Below, one piece after another: positions 54,820 through 56,256 of a stretch of 56,256 nucleotides of DNA. The DNA comes from a virus (taxonomy: Duplodnaviria > Caudoviricetes). Where the stretch lies: positions 1 to 56,256 of IMG/VR virus record IMGVR_UViG_3300042528_000130. One strand, given 5' to 3'. Made by a program: the position numbers and the translations under genes. The notes beneath the pieces were generated by a model. That model worked only from the letters and a program-made list of their open reading frames with translations, did not search any database and was not told the origin of the DNA. Each line of letters opens with the position of its first letter. The stretch's first letter is position 1.

Positions 54820-55158
54820 CTACTTCGTTCGCTCCAGCAGCCCCCGCAGCGTGGCGACCACGCCCGCGCTCGCTGGCTCGCCGTCGCCCTCGTAGTCCTC
54901 TATGAGTCGCTGGATCGCAGTCCGCTCCGCGTCGGTGAGGGTTGGCTGAGGCTGGAGGTACAGTGCAACTCGCTCCGACTTAGGCCACTTCCCGAATGGC
55001 AAAATAATCTGCGCATAACCAAATGGCCGCCCGTACTCATCGACGGCCTGATAAGCCACCGGCTCCACAGAACCAGTCGATGCAGGAGACATCGCCACGC
55101 CGTCCTGCGAGTCGATGTCGCGGGCCAGGAGCCGCAGGGGGGTTGTCAGCGTGTCCAT
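54820..55158 (-). CDS. hypothetical protein (cassette 3)
   Basis: SPASTGS encoded by the attC arm; EPVAY..PTLTDAER..ATLRGLLERTK. Confidence 0.6.
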   Translation of the reverse strand: MDTLTTPLRLLARDIDSQDGVAMSPASTGSVEPVAYQAVDEYGRPFGYAQIILPFGKWPKSERVALYLQPQPTLTDAERTAIQRLIEDYEGDGEPASAGVVATLRGLLERTK

Positions 55159-55254
55159 GACCCCAGCCTACCGAGTGGTGCAATCCTGTCCACGCTCGCC
55201 GTTCGCGAATTGCGAAAGCCTTACCTAGTCGATGTAGCGCGATTGTGTGTAGCG

Positions 55255-55476
55255 TCAATCGTAGTGGCTGGACTTCGCACACCGCTTGCAGCAGATCGGG
55301 TGCATGGTGGCAACGTCGGTCGCCGCAGGGTAGACGATTGGCGAAGCCTTGGTGTTCAGCAACGTGCGGGTCTTGCTGCCGCAGTAGCTGATGCCGCCAA
55401 GAACAGCGGTGTGGTACTTGCCGCGACCATCAGCAGGCGGGAAGAAACTCAGGGGCTTTGCTGTGATGTGTGCCAT
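55255..55476 (-). CDS. hypothetical protein (H..CG..C..C)
   Basis: RBS GGAGG; strong promoter upstream. Confidence 0.6.
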   Translation of the reverse strand: MAHITAKPLSFFPPADGRGKYHTAVLGGISYCGSKTRTLLNTKASPIVYPAATDVATMHPICCKRCAKSSHYD

Positions 55477-55494
55477 GTCGTCCTCCGTTGCTAG

Positions 55495-55524
55495 ATTATA
55501 TGTCCGGTATCGGCCATAATGCAA
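55495..55524 (-). promoter_or_regulatory. sigma70 promoter with operator in the spacer
   Basis: TTGCAT-N18-TATAAT; the spacer holds the palindrome GTCCGGTATCGGCC. Confidence 0.7.
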
Positions 55525-55532
55525 GAGGGGCT

Positions 55533-55739
55533 TTAGACAGGCTTTTTTGGGCTTCTTTCCCGCTCCCACGCGGCTGCGGCCTCACGGTCTACGAGGTAGT
55601 TCCGGCCAGCCTTGGCCCCTCGCACCTTGCCAGAGGCGACTAGCCGCCGCATGTGCCGCTCGTCCACACCAGCGAGGAGTGCCGCCTCTGGGACGGAGAT
55701 CAGATTGCCAAGGTCTAGCGGTTTCGATTTCTTTGCCAT
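55533..55739 (-). CDS. HTH_17 DNA-binding protein
   Basis: ISVPEAALLAGV....MRRLV..GKV...K.GRNYLV. Confidence 0.8.
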   Translation of the reverse strand: MAKKSKPLDLGNLISVPEAALLAGVDERHMRRLVASGKVRGAKAGRNYLVDREAAAAWERERSPKKPV

Positions 55740-55801
55740 GCCCGCATTGTAGCCGGTAGCGGACGTGCCGCGTCTCTACACTGTGGGTGTAGTGCCGTCA
55801 C

Positions 55802-56110
55802 TCACGCGGGCCGCACCGGCGGCACAAACAGCCGCTCCAGTCCTGCCTTCAGATCGCTACCCAGAACCTCAAGAACGCGGGCCTCAACCTGCGCCTGCGT
55901 GTAGTCGCCCGCCGCGTCGTATGCGGCCCTCTCCCACAAGACGAGCGGGAACGGGCAGGGGAGAATCCTTGCCACGCAGGACTTCCGCTTGGCGTTGTCG
56001 ATGATCGTCACATCAAGTTCAGTGAGCGTGATCGGCTTCTGGGGTCGCACTTCGCCGGTGCTGCGAGTAATGGCTGGGGGCTGGATGGTGATCGGGGATT
56101 GCAGATTCAT
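55802..56110 (-). CDS. hypothetical protein
   Basis: LVLWE..AYDAAGDYTQ.Q.E.R family motif. Confidence 0.65.
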   Translation of the reverse strand: MNLQSPITIQPPAITRSTGEVRPQKPITLTELDVTIIDNAKRKSCVARILPCPFPLVLWERAAYDAAGDYTQAQVEARVLEVLGSDLKAGLERLFVPPVRPA

Positions 56111-56111
56111 G

Positions 56112-56256
56112 CTAGATGACTCCCAAGATTGAAGAACCGTTGATGCCTTTTTCGTAGGCGAAAGAGATGCTTCCGTAAGTACCGTAGAATCCGCCTGATA
56201 TCTGTGCGGCCGCAGAGGAAAGCGAGAACGTCGCGTTGCCGGTGACGGTGGTTCGA
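56112..56256 (-). CDS. 3' end of a gene truncated by the window edge
   Basis: Open frame ending ..KGINGSSILGVI*. Confidence 0.5.
   Translation of the reverse strand, partial: RTTVTGNATFSLSSAAAQISGGFYGTYGSISFAYEKGINGSSILGVI

Larger units (their letters stand above)
54104..55120 (+). mobile_element. integron-like gene cassette array (3 cassettes; attC-like sites 54497-54581, 54729-54814, partial site from 55069)
   Basis: AGAAC-N5-GATGCAG...CTGATC-N6-GTTCT imperfect palindromes; each cassette start is complementary to its own end. Confidence 0.75.

Noticed and set aside
54497-55100. CRISPR array
   Set aside because: The repeats are long imperfect palindromes separated by gene-sized spacers, which fits attC rather than CRISPR; no cas genes are present.
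1-56256. tRNA/rRNA, lysis, replication, or reverse transcriptase (DGR) genes
   Set aside because: None were recognised. The Mtd-like N-termini are not accompanied by an RT or a TR/VR pair in this window.

Overview
This window is a large part of a temperate, HK97-like, long-tailed (siphovirus-type) phage or prophage genome. Almost all genes are on the minus strand. The host is probably a Planctomycetota bacterium; this is inferred from a DUF1559-style prepilin motif, CsrA-type GGA hairpins and the style of the attC sites. From right to left it contains: small accessory genes, three of them in integron-like attC cassettes; a duplicated fibre/adaptor module; HNH, a candidate cos region, TerS and TerL; a portal with a ~700-aa extension; a 2118-aa polyprotein; a multi-domain prohead protease; a 602-aa paralogous protein; the major capsid, a decoration protein, a glycosyltransferase and neck and tail genes with a G/GT -1 frameshift; a tape measure protein; a ~2440-aa Gly-rich tail protein; nucleotide-metabolism genes; a tyrosine integrase with a divergent HTH switch; and small early genes. 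Four observations stand out. (1) Eleven copies of a Cys-bracketed tag (C-G-R-x-x-G-G-x-F-x-x-G-N-x-C and variants) divide four head-module proteins into domains. Each tag follows an E-x-R motif that also occurs at the predicted capsid maturation site, which suggests protease-processed, tagged cargo proteins packaged in the virion. (2) A 51-nt in-frame hairpin with a stop codon in its loop is inserted in the TerL Walker A motif, so functional TerL would need bypassing or excision. (3) A phage-borne attC cassette array is read antisense. (4) CsrA-type hairpins occur at late-gene leaders. No replication or lysis genes were recognised in the window. All family assignments come from motif recognition, not database searches.
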